A stretch of 64,000 nucleotides of DNA from an uncultured Solirubrobacteraceae bacterium (lineage in GTDB: Bacteria > Actinomycetota > Thermoleophilia > Solirubrobacterales > Solirubrobacteraceae), in contig CAVSMP010000015.1 in NCBI GenBank assembly GCA_963729155.1, positions 93,797 through 157,796 on the forward strand, written 5' to 3'. The translations under genes were made by a program, and so were the position numbers. Positions within the stretch are counted from its first letter, which is position 1, and each line of letters begins with the position of its first letter. Below the pieces are notes generated by a model. The model was not told the origin of the DNA and ran no database searches. It was given only the letters and a program-made list of their open reading frames with translations. Below, piece after piece: positions 28,090 through 40,277 of the stretch.

Positions 28090-28603
28090 TCAAGCGCTGT
28101 GGCAGGGTGCCGATGCTGTGCGCACGTTCTCGCTGCTGTGCCCGACCTGCATCCTCAACGGGGGCATGATCAGGGCCGGCGGCACGTCGATGGCGGCCCC
28201 GATGGTGTCCGGCGTCGCCGCGCTGCTGCTCGAGAAGTACCCGCACCTCACCCCGAACCAGGTCAAGGGCGTGATCGTGGCGTCCTCGCGGCCGCTGCCC
28301 ACCGGCCTGACCGGCGTCGACGCATTCGCGGCGATCAAGATGGTCAACGCGGGCAACGTCCCCGTCGCCAACCAGGGCCTGACGCCGAACAACCTGATCA
28401 ACGCCGCCACGGGCGATATCGACTACACCCGATCGAGCTGGAGCCGCTCGAGCTGGAGCACCGCCGACGGCCAGCGCGCCGCCGACTGGGCCCGCTCGAG
28501 CTGGAGCCGCTCGAGCTGGAGCTCCACCTCCTCGAGCGACAGCGTCGACCCCTCGCGGTCGAGCTGGAGCCGTTCGAGCTGGTCCACCAGCTGGACCAAG
28601 TAG
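28090..28603 (+). pseudogene. remnant of a subtilisin-like S8 peptidase (catalytic-Ser region plus Trp/Ser-repeat tail only)
   Basis: GGTSMAAPMVSGVAALLLEKYPHLTPNQVKGVI is the S8 Ser box. No Asp or His boxes are present, and the frame upstream of about 28090 is junk overlapping the methyltransferase gene. ATG 28167 could give a 145-aa product. Confidence 0.6.
28430..28590 (+). repeat. three copies of a ~30-bp unit (each an internal 15-bp duplication), in-frame inside the S8 remnant
   Basis: CGnTCGAGCTGGAGCCGCTCGAGCTGGAGC occurs at about 28430, 28493 and 28556. Each copy encodes RSSWSRSSWS. Confidence 0.8.
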
Positions 28604-28696
28604 GGCGGGAGAACAACGCGCCACGGATGGCGCCTCATAAGGCCCCGGGCGGGTGGGAATCTCATCTCTCTGGCGGGGCCTAATATCGGAAGGGCA

Positions 28697-28728
28697 CCGA
28701 CGGCCGCGCATGATGCGCGGCCGTTCGG
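28697..28728 (+). terminator. GC-rich hairpin between the S8 remnant and mfd
   Basis: CCGACGGCCGCGCA-TGA-TGCGCGGCCGTTCGG has an 11-bp perfect stem plus an extension with a bulge. No U-tract follows. Confidence 0.35.
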
Positions 28729-28743
28729 CGTGCCGGCACAGCC

Positions 28744-31700
28744 ATGCCCCTCCGCTCCTTCCTCGGACATCTCGAGCACGATCCGACCGCCTCGCGGCTC
28801 GCCGACGAGGGCGGCCCGGCGTTCGTCTCGCAGTCGCTGCGGCCGTTCCTGCTGGCGGCGCTGGCCGACCGCGACGTGCGCCGCCCGACCGTCGTCGTGG
28901 CCGGTGACGACCGCTCCGCGCGCGACCTCGCGGCCGACCTGCGCTCGTGGCTGCGCCCGCGGCCCGTGCGCTTCTACCCGAGCCGCGGCGTCGCCTACGA
29001 GTCGCACCTGACGCCGCCGCCGCACCTGGTCGGTCTGCGCGTCGCCGCGTTGGACGCCCTGCTCGACACGCCCGAGGGCTCCGAGCAGCCGGTGGTCGTG
29101 GTGAGCGCGGTGGCGCTCTCCGAGAAGGTGCCCGACCCGAAGCTGCGCCCGCACGGCTTCGCGCTGCGCGTCGGCGAGCTGCTCGACCTCGACGAGGCGG
29201 CCGCCGACCTGGTGGCGGCCGGCTACGAGCGGGTCGACCAGGTCGAGGACCGCGGGCAGTTCGCGGTCCGCGGCGGCCTGCTCGACGTCTACCCGGCGAC
29301 GGAGGAGCGCGCCGTCCGCGTCGACCTCTTCGACGACGAGATCGAGTCGCTGCGCTGGTTCTCGACCTTCACCCAGCGCTCGCTCGGCGACGCCGAGGTG
29401 GTCGAGATCGCGCCCGCCGCCGAGCTCGCGCCCGAGCACCGCGAGCTGGCCGAGATCGCCGCGCTGGAGAACCCCGACGAGCGCCCGGACGTCGCCGAGC
29501 TGCTGCCCGTGGACCAGTTCCGCGAGCTGCTCGACCTCGTGCCCGAGCGCGCGCAGGTGATCGTCGCCGCCGACGAGGACGTCGAGCCGGCGCTGCGCGA
29601 CCACTGGGACGACGTCTGCGCGGCCTTCCACGACACGGACGCCCACCACCTCTACGTCAAGCCGGACGGCATCCTGGCCGCGCTCGAGCGCGACGCGTCC
29701 GTGCGGCTGTCCTCGATCAGCGGCTCCCAGCCCGTCGAGATCCGCGCGCAGGCGGCGGAGTTCGCCTCGCGCTCGCTGCGCGAGGCCGAGCCCGAGCTGG
29801 AGAAGCTCGTCCGCTCGGGCTACACGACCGTCGTCACCTGGCCCCAGCGCGGCGCGGCCGAGCGCGCCGCCTACAACCTCGGCCGCGCCAAGGCGACCTT
29901 CGAGGACGGCACGGACCTCGTCTTCGTCGAGTCGACGCTGCGCGACGGCTTCCTCGCGCCCCAGCTCAAGCTCGCCGTCATCCCCGAGCACCGTCTGATC
30001 CACCGCCGCAAGCGGGCCGGCACCGGTGAGGGCGCCCGTCGCGGCCGCGGCCTGCTGCGCTCGTTCACCGACCTGCGCACGGGCGACATCGTCGTCCACG
30101 AGGACCACGGCATCGCGCGCTTCGCCGGCTTCGACACCAAGACCGTCGCGGGCGTCACGCGCGACTACCTCGACCTCGAGTACGCCGGCACGGACAAGGT
30201 CTTCCTGCCCGTCGACCAGCTCGCGAAGATCTCGCGCTACGTCGGGGCCGATGGCGCGCATCCGCCGCTGAGCAAGCTCGGCGGCACCCGCTGGGACAAG
30301 ATCAAGGCGCGCGCCCGGCGCGCGGCGCAGGAGCTCGCGGGCGAGCTGCTCAACCTCTACGCGGAGCGCAAGCGCCGCCGCGGCCACGCCTTCGAGCCCG
30401 ACTCGGACTGGCTGCGCGAGTTCGAGGAGCACTTCCCCTATCGGGAGACGCCGGACCAGCGCGACGCGATCGAGGCGGTCAAGGAGGACATGGAGTCCGA
30501 GCGCCCGATGGACCGGCTGATCTGCGGCGACGTGGGCTACGGCAAGACCGAGGTCGCGCTGCGCGCCGCCTTCAAGTCGGCCAACGCCGGCAAGCAGGTG
30601 CTGATGCTCGTGCCGACGACGATCCTCGCCCAGCAGCACTTCGGCACGTTCTCCGAGCGGCTGCGCGACTACCCGTTCACGATCGAGCACGTGTCGCGCT
30701 TCCGCCCGGCGGCCGAGCAGCGCGCGGCCGTCAAGCGCTTCTCCGAGGGCAAGGCCGACATCCTGATCGGCACCCACCGGCTGCTCTCGCGCGACGTGCG
30801 CGCGAAGGACCTCGGGCTGCTGATCGTCGACGAGGAGCAGCGCTTCGGCGTCAAGCAGAAGGAGCTGCTGCGCCAGATGCGGCTCAAGGTCGACGTGATC
30901 TCCATGAGCGCAACGCCGATCCCGCGCACGCTGCAGATGTCGCTGGCCGGGCTGCGCGACATCAGCGTCATCGAGACGCCGCCCGAGGGCCGGCGGCCCG
31001 TCAAGACCTACGTCGGCGAGTACGACGAACAGCTGGTCAAGCAGGCGCTCGAGCGCGAGAAGGCGCGCGAGGGGCAGGCGTTCTTCCTGCACAACCGCGT
31101 CGAGGACATCGAGGAGACCGCGATCCGGCTGCGCGCGCTGTGCCCGGAGATGTCCTTCACCGTCGCGCACGGGCAGATGGACGAGAAGCTGCTCGAGGAC
31201 CGCATGATGGCCTTCCTGCGCGGCGAGGCCGACGTGCTCGTGTCGACCTCGATCATCGAGTCGGGCATCGACATCCCGCAGGCCAACACGCTGATCGTCG
31301 AGCGCGCAGACACCTTCGGCCTCTCGCAGCTCTACCAGATCCGCGGCCGGGTGGGCCGCTCGCGCGAGCGCGCCTACGCGTACCTGCTCTATCCCAGCGC
31401 GGCCGCGCTGACGCCCGAGGCCGCGGACCGGCTGAGCGCGCTCAGCGACTACACCGAGCTCGGCTCGGGCTTCAAGGTCGCCATGCGCGACCTCGAGCTG
31501 CGCGGGGCGGGCAGCCTGCTCGGCGACGAGCAGTCCGGCCACGTCGCCGCGCTCGGCTTCGAGCTCTACATGCAGATGCTCGACGAGGCGGTCCAGGCGA
31601 TGGACTCCGACGACGCCGCCGAGTACCCCGAGCCCGTGCGGCTGGACGTCAATGTCGACGCGTACGTGCCGGCCGACTACATCCCCTACGAGCAGGCCAA

Positions 31701-32073
31701 GGTCGACGTGCACCGCCGGATCGCCGGCGCGCGCGAGGTGGCCGAGCTGGCCGAGCTGCGGCGCGAGCTCGAGGACCGCTTCGGCGAGATCCCAGAGCCG
31801 CTGCAGAACCTGATCACGCTCCAGCAGGCGCGGATCAAGCTCGGCGAGGCCGGCGCCCGCGCGGTCACGTTCCGCCAGGGGCGGCTCGCGGTCACGCCGG
31901 TCGAGCTGGACTCCGTCCGCGCCCGCAGGTTGCGCGAGGAGATCCCCAACGCGCTCTACGAGTCGGGCAAGTCGCAGTTCTCCATGCGGGTCCCCGACGA
32001 CCCCGCCCAGCGGTTCCCGGCGGTCGTGCGTGCGGCCGACGCGCTGCTCGCCGTTCAGCGCGAAGCCGCCTGA
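28744..32073 (+). CDS. mfd: transcription-repair coupling factor
   Basis: 1109 aa. Motifs: ICGDVGYGKTEVALRAAF (Walker A), LLIVDEEQRFG (DEEQ), SATPIPRTL, TSIIESGIDIP, QLYQIRGRVGR. Confidence 0.95.
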   Translation: MPLRSFLGHLEHDPTASRLADEGGPAFVSQSLRPFLLAALADRDVRRPTVVVAGDDRSARDLAADLRSWLRPRPVRFYPSRGVAYESHLTPPPHLVGLRVAALDALLDTPEGSEQPVVVVSAVALSEKVPDPKLRPHGFALRVGELLDLDEAAADLVAAGYERVDQVEDRGQFAVRGGLLDVYPATEERAVRVDLFDDEIESLRWFSTFTQRSLGDAEVVEIAPAAELAPEHRELAEIAALENPDERPDVAELLPVDQFRELLDLVPERAQVIVAADEDVEPALRDHWDDVCAAFHDTDAHHLYVKPDGILAALERDASVRLSSISGSQPVEIRAQAAEFASRSLREAEPELEKLVRSGYTTVVTWPQRGAAERAAYNLGRAKATFEDGTDLVFVESTLRDGFLAPQLKLAVIPEHRLIHRRKRAGTGEGARRGRGLLRSFTDLRTGDIVVHEDHGIARFAGFDTKTVAGVTRDYLDLEYAGTDKVFLPVDQLAKISRYVGADGAHPPLSKLGGTRWDKIKARARRAAQELAGELLNLYAERKRRRGHAFEPDSDWLREFEEHFPYRETPDQRDAIEAVKEDMESERPMDRLICGDVGYGKTEVALRAAFKSANAGKQVLMLVPTTILAQQHFGTFSERLRDYPFTIEHVSRFRPAAEQRAAVKRFSEGKADILIGTHRLLSRDVRAKDLGLLIVDEEQRFGVKQKELLRQMRLKVDVISMSATPIPRTLQMSLAGLRDISVIETPPEGRRPVKTYVGEYDEQLVKQALEREKAREGQAFFLHNRVEDIEETAIRLRALCPEMSFTVAHGQMDEKLLEDRMMAFLRGEADVLVSTSIIESGIDIPQANTLIVERADTFGLSQLYQIRGRVGRSRERAYAYLLYPSAAALTPEAADRLSALSDYTELGSGFKVAMRDLELRGAGSLLGDEQSGHVAALGFELYMQMLDEAVQAMDSDDAAEYPEPVRLDVNVDAYVPADYIPYEQAKVDVHRRIAGAREVAELAELRRELEDRFGEIPEPLQNLITLQQARIKLGEAGARAVTFRQGRLAVTPVELDSVRARRLREEIPNALYESGKSQFSMRVPDDPAQRFPAVVRAADALLAVQREAA

Positions 32074-32229
32074 GCCCGCCTAAGGCCCACGTTAAGGCTC
32101 GATGGAGGCCGGAGAAGGGCCGCTACCATGCCCTGAACTCGGGGACGCGCGACTTCTCTCGCGTGCCGTGTGCGCCACTGCGCCGGCCCATCGCTCCCCT
32201 GAACCGTCCAACGACTTTTAGGCTTCCTC

Positions 32230-33381
32230 ATGATCAAGGCAGTCCGTCTCACACTGGCCCTGGCCGCCCTCGCGGCGCCGGCCGCGCTCGTCGCGGGGTG
32301 CGGCGGCGTGCCGGGCAACGCCGTCGCGGAGGTGGACGGCCAGGCCATCGAGAAGTCCCAGTACGACCACTGGATCAACGTCGCCGCCCGCTCCAGCGGG
32401 CAGGGGGCGACCGCCTCGGTGCCCAAGCCGCCGGAGTACACGGCGTGCGTCGAGAACAAGCGCAAGACCACCCCGAAGCCGGCCAAGGGCCAGCCCAAGG
32501 TCACGGACTCGCAGCTCAAGAGCCAGTGCAAGCAGGAGTACGAGCAGCTCCGCGACCAGGTGCTGCAGTTGCTGATCTCCTTCCAGTGGCTCGAGGGTGA
32601 GGCCGAGGAGCAGGGGATCAAGGTCTCCGATGAGGAGGTCAAGAAGTCCTTTGATCAGCAGCGCAAGCAGAGCTTCCCGAAGGACGCCGACTATCAGAAG
32701 TTCCTCAAGGACTCCGGCCAGTCCGAGAAGGACATCATGCTCCAGGTCAAGGCCGACCTGCTCGCGAGCAAGATCCGCGACAAGGTCGTCAAGGGCAAGG
32801 ACAAGGTCTCCGACGCCCAGATCGAGGACTTCTACAACAAGAACAAGGCGCGCTTCGCCCAGCCCGAGCGGCGTGACCTGCTGGTCGTGCTGACCAAGGG
32901 CAAGGCCAAGGCCGAGGCGGCCAAGAAGGCCCTCAAGAGCGGCCAGAGCTGGAAGGCCGTCGCGAAGAAGTACTCGATCGACGAGGCGTCTAAGGCGCAG
33001 GGCGGCAAGCTGCCCGCGCAGGCCAAGGGCACGTTGGAGAAGCAGCTCGACGAGGCCGTCTTCAAGGCCAAGAAGGATCAGCTGAGCGGGCCGGTCAAGA
33101 CCCAGTTCGGCCATTACCTCTTCGAGGTCACCAAGATCCAGAAGGCGTCGCAGCAGACGCTCGAGCAGGCCAAGGAGACGATCCGCCAGACGCTGCAGTC
33201 GCAGAACCAGCAGAAGGCGCTGGAGAAGTTCTCCAAGGACTACTCCGAGCGCTGGAAGGAGAAGACCGACTGCCGCGAGGGCTACGTGATCCAGCAGTGC
33301 AAGCAGGGTCCGAAGGCCACGCCCACGCCGTCCGCCGCCGCGCCCGGCCAGCCTCAGCAGGCGCCGCAGTCCGGCAACTAG
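32230..33381 (+). CDS. PrsA/SurA-like parvulin-type peptidyl-prolyl isomerase lipoprotein
   Basis: Lipobox LVAGCGG. SurA-N-like Lys/Gln-rich region, then a parvulin core (RRDLLVVL...SIDEASKAQGGKL...GPVKTQFGHYLFEV). Confidence 0.8.
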   Translation: MIKAVRLTLALAALAAPAALVAGCGGVPGNAVAEVDGQAIEKSQYDHWINVAARSSGQGATASVPKPPEYTACVENKRKTTPKPAKGQPKVTDSQLKSQCKQEYEQLRDQVLQLLISFQWLEGEAEEQGIKVSDEEVKKSFDQQRKQSFPKDADYQKFLKDSGQSEKDIMLQVKADLLASKIRDKVVKGKDKVSDAQIEDFYNKNKARFAQPERRDLLVVLTKGKAKAEAAKKALKSGQSWKAVAKKYSIDEASKAQGGKLPAQAKGTLEKQLDEAVFKAKKDQLSGPVKTQFGHYLFEVTKIQKASQQTLEQAKETIRQTLQSQNQQKALEKFSKDYSERWKEKTDCREGYVIQQCKQGPKATPTPSAAAPGQPQQAPQSGN

Positions 33382-33391
33382 CCGGTCTCGC

Positions 33392-36314
<2,923 letters not shown>

Positions 36315-36351
36315 CTCGTCTCAAGGGTCGCAGTCGAATCCAAGGAGACCA

Positions 36352-37284
36352 ATGATGCGGATCTTCATCGCAGGCGCAAGCGGAGCCGTCGGCCAGCCGC
36401 TCGTGCGACAGCTCGCCGAGGCGGGCCACCAGGTGTACGGGATGACGCGCACGCCGGCCAAGGCGGAGCGGCTGCGCGAGCTGGGCGCACAGCCCGTCGT
36501 CGCCGACGCGCTCGACCGCGACGCGGTCATGGCCGCGGTCCGCGAGGCACGGCCAGACGTCGTCGTCCACCAGCTGACCGCGATCGCGGCGATGGGGCGC
36601 AACCTCGACGCCTCCTTCGTGACGACCAACCGCCTGCGCACCGAGGGCACGGACAACCTGATCGCCGCGGCCCGCGCCGCGGGTGCCCGGCGCTTCGTCG
36701 GCCAGAGCTTCGCGCCCTGGAGCTACAAGCGCGAGGGCGGGCCGGCGAAGGCCGAGGACGCCCCACTCGAGAACGACCCGCCGAAGCACGTGCACGAGAC
36801 GGTGCGCGCGATCCGCTACCTCGAGGCGGCGGTGACCGGGGCCAAGGACCTCGAGGGGATCGTGCTCCGCTACGGCGGGTTCTACGGGCCCGGCACCGGG
36901 CTCGCCCGCGGCGGCGACATGGTCGAGGCGGTCGTGAAGGGCCGCTTCCCGATCGTCGGCGGCGGCGGCGGCGTGTGGTCGCTGATCCACATCGAGGACG
37001 CCGCCGCGGCGACGGTGGCCGCCATCGAGCGCGGCAAGCCGGGCGTGTACAACATCGCCGACGACGAGCCCGCGCCCGTGCGCGTGTGGCTGCCCGCGCT
37101 CGCGGAGGCCGTCGGCGGCCGCCGGCCGCGGCGCATGCCGGGCTTCCTCGGCCGCCTGCTGCTGGGGCCGGCGTTCTACACGATGATGACCGACCTGCGC
37201 GGGGTCTCGAACGCGAAGGCCAAGCGCGAACTCGGCTGGACCCCCGTGTTCCCGAGCTGGCGGCAGGGCTTCGCCGCACTGTGA
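36352..37284 (+). CDS. NAD(P)-dependent epimerase/dehydratase family (extended SDR) protein
   Basis: MMRIFIAGASGAVGQPLVRQL (Rossmann GxxGxxG), 310 aa. Confidence 0.8.
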   Translation: MMRIFIAGASGAVGQPLVRQLAEAGHQVYGMTRTPAKAERLRELGAQPVVADALDRDAVMAAVREARPDVVVHQLTAIAAMGRNLDASFVTTNRLRTEGTDNLIAAARAAGARRFVGQSFAPWSYKREGGPAKAEDAPLENDPPKHVHETVRAIRYLEAAVTGAKDLEGIVLRYGGFYGPGTGLARGGDMVEAVVKGRFPIVGGGGGVWSLIHIEDAAAATVAAIERGKPGVYNIADDEPAPVRVWLPALAEAVGGRRPRRMPGFLGRLLLGPAFYTMMTDLRGVSNAKAKRELGWTPVFPSWRQGFAAL

Positions 37285-37296
37285 ACCCTCGACCAA

Positions 37297-37325
37297 CCCT
37301 CGACGGGGTCTGACCCCGTCGAGGG
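37297..37325 (+). terminator. hairpin downstream of the epimerase gene
   Basis: CCCTCGACGGGG-TCTGA-CCCCGTCGAGGG, a 12-bp perfect stem 13 nt after the stop. No U-tract. Confidence 0.5.
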
Positions 37326-37386
37326 TGGTGGAGGGCGATTCGTTGCAGAGGAAGGGGCCCCGCCGCGTCGAACGAAGGGCGCAGGC

Positions 37387-37668
37387 ATGGCAGCCACGCG
37401 CATACGCTGGGACCGCTTGGGGCGCTGGGCGCTGATCGCCGTCTTCGCCTTCGTCCTCTACCTCTACATCGGTCCCGCCGTGTCCTGGGTCTCGACCTAC
37501 CGCGAGGCGGGCGAGAAGCGCCAGGAGGTCGCGGCGCTGAAGGCGCGCAACACCGAGCTCAAGCAGCGCCGCAAGGAGCTGCGCGACAAGCGCGCGCTGG
37601 AGCGCGAGGCCCGCCGGCTGGGCATGGTCAAGGCCGGCGAGAAGGCCTACGTCGTGCGCCTGCCCTGA
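37387..37668 (+). CDS. ftsB: septum formation initiator (FtsB/DivIC family)
   Basis: 93 aa with an N-terminal TM and then a coiled coil (EVAALKARNTELKQRRKELRD). Sits in the usual position downstream of eno. Confidence 0.75.
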   Translation: MAATRIRWDRLGRWALIAVFAFVLYLYIGPAVSWVSTYREAGEKRQEVAALKARNTELKQRRKELRDKRALEREARRLGMVKAGEKAYVVRLP

Positions 37669-37686
37669 CGTTCTAGTCTCGGATGC

Positions 37687-38010
37687 GTGTCGTTCGAGAC
37701 CTCTCTGGAGCAGTGGCGGGAGGGCGAGCGCAGGCTCGCCGAGGCGCCCGCCTACCAGCAGGACGCGCTGGAGCGCGTGACCCGCCGGATCGCGGCCGAG
37801 CTGCGGCGGCGCCTGGGCGGGGCGTTCACCGTCGACGAGCTGGCCGACCTCTACGAGCAGCAGGGGACGGACTGGACCATGGACATCGCCGTGGACGCCG
37901 CTCCTGAGCACCCGTACGCCTGGGACGCGCGCGTGGTGGCCGACGCCGCGTTCGCCCGCTACGTGCGCGGCGCCGTGGACTTCGCCGGCGGTCGCCGTCG
38001 CGTGCTCTAG
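37687..38010 (+). CDS. hypothetical protein
   Basis: 107 aa with coding-like codon usage. No motif recognised. Confidence 0.45.
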   Translation: MSFETSLEQWREGERRLAEAPAYQQDALERVTRRIAAELRRRLGGAFTVDELADLYEQQGTDWTMDIAVDAAPEHPYAWDARVVADAAFARYVRGAVDFAGGRRRVL

Positions 38011-38041
38011 CCGCCCCGGCGCGCCCGGCCCCCGCGGGCGG

Positions 38042-38800
38042 TCACGGCACGCGCGTGAACCCGTGCCGCACCCACACGGTGCGGAAGCCCAGGCGCTCGT
38101 AGAGGCGCTTGGAGTGCCCGTCGTGATCGGCCTCGATCAGCGCGTGGCGTGCGCCGCCGGTGTGCGCGTCATCCAGCGCGCGGGCCACCAGCGCCCCGCC
38201 GAGGCCGCTGTTGCGCCGCTCGGGCAGGCAGAAGACCGTCTCGACCTCGACCGTGTCGCCGTGGGCCGAGAACCCGGCGAAGCCGGCCGGCGCGCCGTCC
38301 AGGTAGCCGACGGCGGCGCGGGTGCCGCGGCGGCGGGCGACCTGCTCCTCGACGAGGGCGAAGTCCGCCTCGTCGCCCCAGATGGACTCGCCCTGCCACG
38401 CGTGGCGCAGGCTCCGAGTGGCCTGGAAGGCCTCGATGCGCAGCTCGGCGCCGTGGCTGCCGCCGGGCGGCGCGGCGGGGAGCTCGCGATGGAGGAACGC
38501 GAGCTGCTCCACCACCCAGCCGAGCTGAGCGAAGCCCGGGGCCAGGCGCGCGGCGGCCGCCGTGTCCTCGACCTCGATCCGGCGATGGCCGAGGTCGGCG
38601 AGCGCCGGCTCGGCGGCCGCCGCGAGCGCCGCGGCATCCAGGCCCGGGGCACCGTCCTCGACGCGGACGAGGTTGTAGTCGTAGTAGCTGGGCACGTCGT
38701 CGGCCCGCACGACCGTCCCGTGCGCCCACGGCAGCAGCCGGCTCGCCACGGCGGCGTGGTAGCCATGGCGCCAGGCGATCGCGCGCCCGGCGAGGCTCAC
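38042..38800 (-). CDS. GNAT-family N-acetyltransferase
   Basis: C-terminal part of track ORF 38042..39169: VFCLPERRNSGLGGALVARAL...SKRLYERLGF. The GTG 38800 start overlaps the upstream stop by 4 nt. Confidence 0.7.
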   Translation of the reverse strand: MSLAGRAIAWRHGYHAAVASRLLPWAHGTVVRADDVPSYYDYNLVRVEDGAPGLDAAALAAAAEPALADLGHRRIEVEDTAAAARLAPGFAQLGWVVEQLAFLHRELPAAPPGGSHGAELRIEAFQATRSLRHAWQGESIWGDEADFALVEEQVARRRGTRAAVGYLDGAPAGFAGFSAHGDTVEVETVFCLPERRNSGLGGALVARALDDAHTGGARHALIEADHDGHSKRLYERLGFRTVWVRHGFTRVP

Positions 38801-39408
38801 GGCTCGCCTCGCATGAGCCAGTGCAGGACGGTGAGGGGCTCGAAGCCGAGCCGCTCGTAGAGGGGCCCGGCGCCGCCGACGGCGTCCGTGGGCACGAACA
38901 CGATCTCGTGGCGCTCGGCGCGGGCGGCGTGCAGCACGGCGGCGACGACGGCGGTGGCCAGCCCGCGGCCGCGGGCCTCGGGCGTCGTGTAGACGTCCTC
39001 GAGCATGCCGTCGCGACCACCGTCGAGCAGCAGCGCGTAGGCGAGCGGGCGACCCTGCTCGAACGTCGCGAACGCCCGCGTGGGGGTGCCCGCGAACAGG
39101 CGCCGGTCCGCCTCGCGGGCGTCGCCCACCCTCCTCTCGTCCTTGGCCCACGGCTCGGAGCGGATCCACTCGTCGCGCAGGGAGCGCACGTGCCCGTAGG
39201 GGACCTCCTCGGCGAGCACCGGCGCCTCGGGTGGCTCGAGCGCGCCGTCGCGGCCGAGCAGCAGCACGGGCTCGTCGCGCCAGCCGCGCGCCACGAGCGC
39301 CTCGACGAGCGCGTCGCCGGAAGCCAGCAGCCGCCGGAAGGGCAGGTCGGCCATGCGCTCGTCGGCGAGTGCCTCGGCCTCGTCGGCGCCGAGCGGCTCG
39401 TGGAGCAT
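38797..39408 (-). CDS. GNAT-family N-acetyltransferase
   Basis: VYTTPEARGRGLATAVVAAVLHAA...GAGPLYERLGF. Confidence 0.75.
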   Translation of the reverse strand: MLHEPLGADEAEALADERMADLPFRRLLASGDALVEALVARGWRDEPVLLLGRDGALEPPEAPVLAEEVPYGHVRSLRDEWIRSEPWAKDERRVGDAREADRRLFAGTPTRAFATFEQGRPLAYALLLDGGRDGMLEDVYTTPEARGRGLATAVVAAVLHAARAERHEIVFVPTDAVGGAGPLYERLGFEPLTVLHWLMRGEP

Positions 39409-39541
39409 CAGGCCGTGCAGGTGCGGGACGCGCGGCAGCGAGGGGGTGCTGATCAGCGTCGCGCGCTCGTCGCGGACGACCCGGTCGGACGCGCGCTCGA
39501 AGACCGCGAGGTCGAAGGCGCGGGCGCGCGCGGCGAGCGCG

Positions 39542-40117
39542 TCAGTCTTCGTCGTCGCCCCCGCCCGCGCGGCGGATCACGATCTGGTCCTCTTCGATCG
39601 TGATCTCGACGGGGCGGTGGCCGGCCCAGTGCTCGGCGTAGACGGGATCGTCCTGCACATCGGGGTCCAGCCAGAGGCCGTAGCCCTCCTCGCCGTGGTC
39701 GAACGTGCCCTCGAGCGGCTTGCCGGCGACGCGGCGGCGCGTGCGACCCCCGCGGGTACGGCGGCGGGGCTTGGGCTTCTCCTCGTCCTCGCCCGCGTCG
39801 GCGGCGTCTCCGGCCTCCTCGGCCTCGGCGGCCTGCTTGGCGGCCTCCTCGGCCGCCTGGGCCTCCTCCTCGGCGCGGCGCGCGGCCTCGGCCTCCAGCT
39901 CCGCGGCGATCGCGGCGTCGTCCTCGGCGCGCAGATCGATCTCCTGGTCGGCGCCCGAGGCGTCCTCGCCGCCGGGCTCCAGGCCCTGCTCGCGCTTGAA
40001 CGCCTGGATCTGCTGCACGGTGACCTCGAGCTGATGGGCGATCCACGCGTCCGTACGCCCCTGGCGCACCCACCCGCGGATCTGGTTAAGCTGAGGACGC
40101 AGGGACCTTCGGCTCAT
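39542..40117 (-). CDS. hypothetical protein with possible N-terminal HTH and acidic low-complexity linker
   Basis: [41 protein letters not shown], a long EA-rich linker, then a C-terminal globular part. Divergent from csrA. Confidence 0.5.
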   Translation of the reverse strand: MSRRSLRPQLNQIRGWVRQGRTDAWIAHQLEVTVQQIQAFKREQGLEPGGEDASGADQEIDLRAEDDAAIAAELEAEAARRAEEEAQAAEEAAKQAAEAEEAGDAADAGEDEEKPKPRRRTRGGRTRRRVAGKPLEGTFDHGEEGYGLWLDPDVQDDPVYAEHWAGHRPVEITIEEDQIVIRRAGGGDDED

Positions 40118-40277
40118 CGCGCGCCGCAGACTAGCAACACGTGGCGCGCGGCTCGGGTGCAGGCCCTATGGCGCAGGCGGCGAAGAGGGGCTAAGCTCGC
40201 CAGTGCCTCAGAGGGGGGCGATGAGCGGGCATCGCGCCCAAGTGAATCCTGCTGCCAGGGAGGCGGGGTCAAAGGAA

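Noticed and set aside
28430-28590. Regularly spaced ~30-bp repeats considered as a mini CRISPR array.
   Set aside because: Only three copies are present. The repeats are internally duplicated, sit in frame within a coding tail, and the spacers encode Ser/Asp-rich peptide. There are no cas genes in the window.
32230-33381. Lower-GC, Lys/Gln-rich PPIase gene considered as a horizontally acquired gene.
   Set aside because: The composition is explained by the Lys-rich chaperone domain typical of PrsA/SurA proteins. The gene sits in the conserved mfd-mazG-eno context with no mobility signatures.
39453-40073. Alternative 206-aa minus-strand ORF overlapping 39542..40117.
   Set aside because: The translation is Arg/Gly/Pro-rich. 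The overlapping frame, with an HTH-like N-terminus and an acidic linker, is more protein-like.
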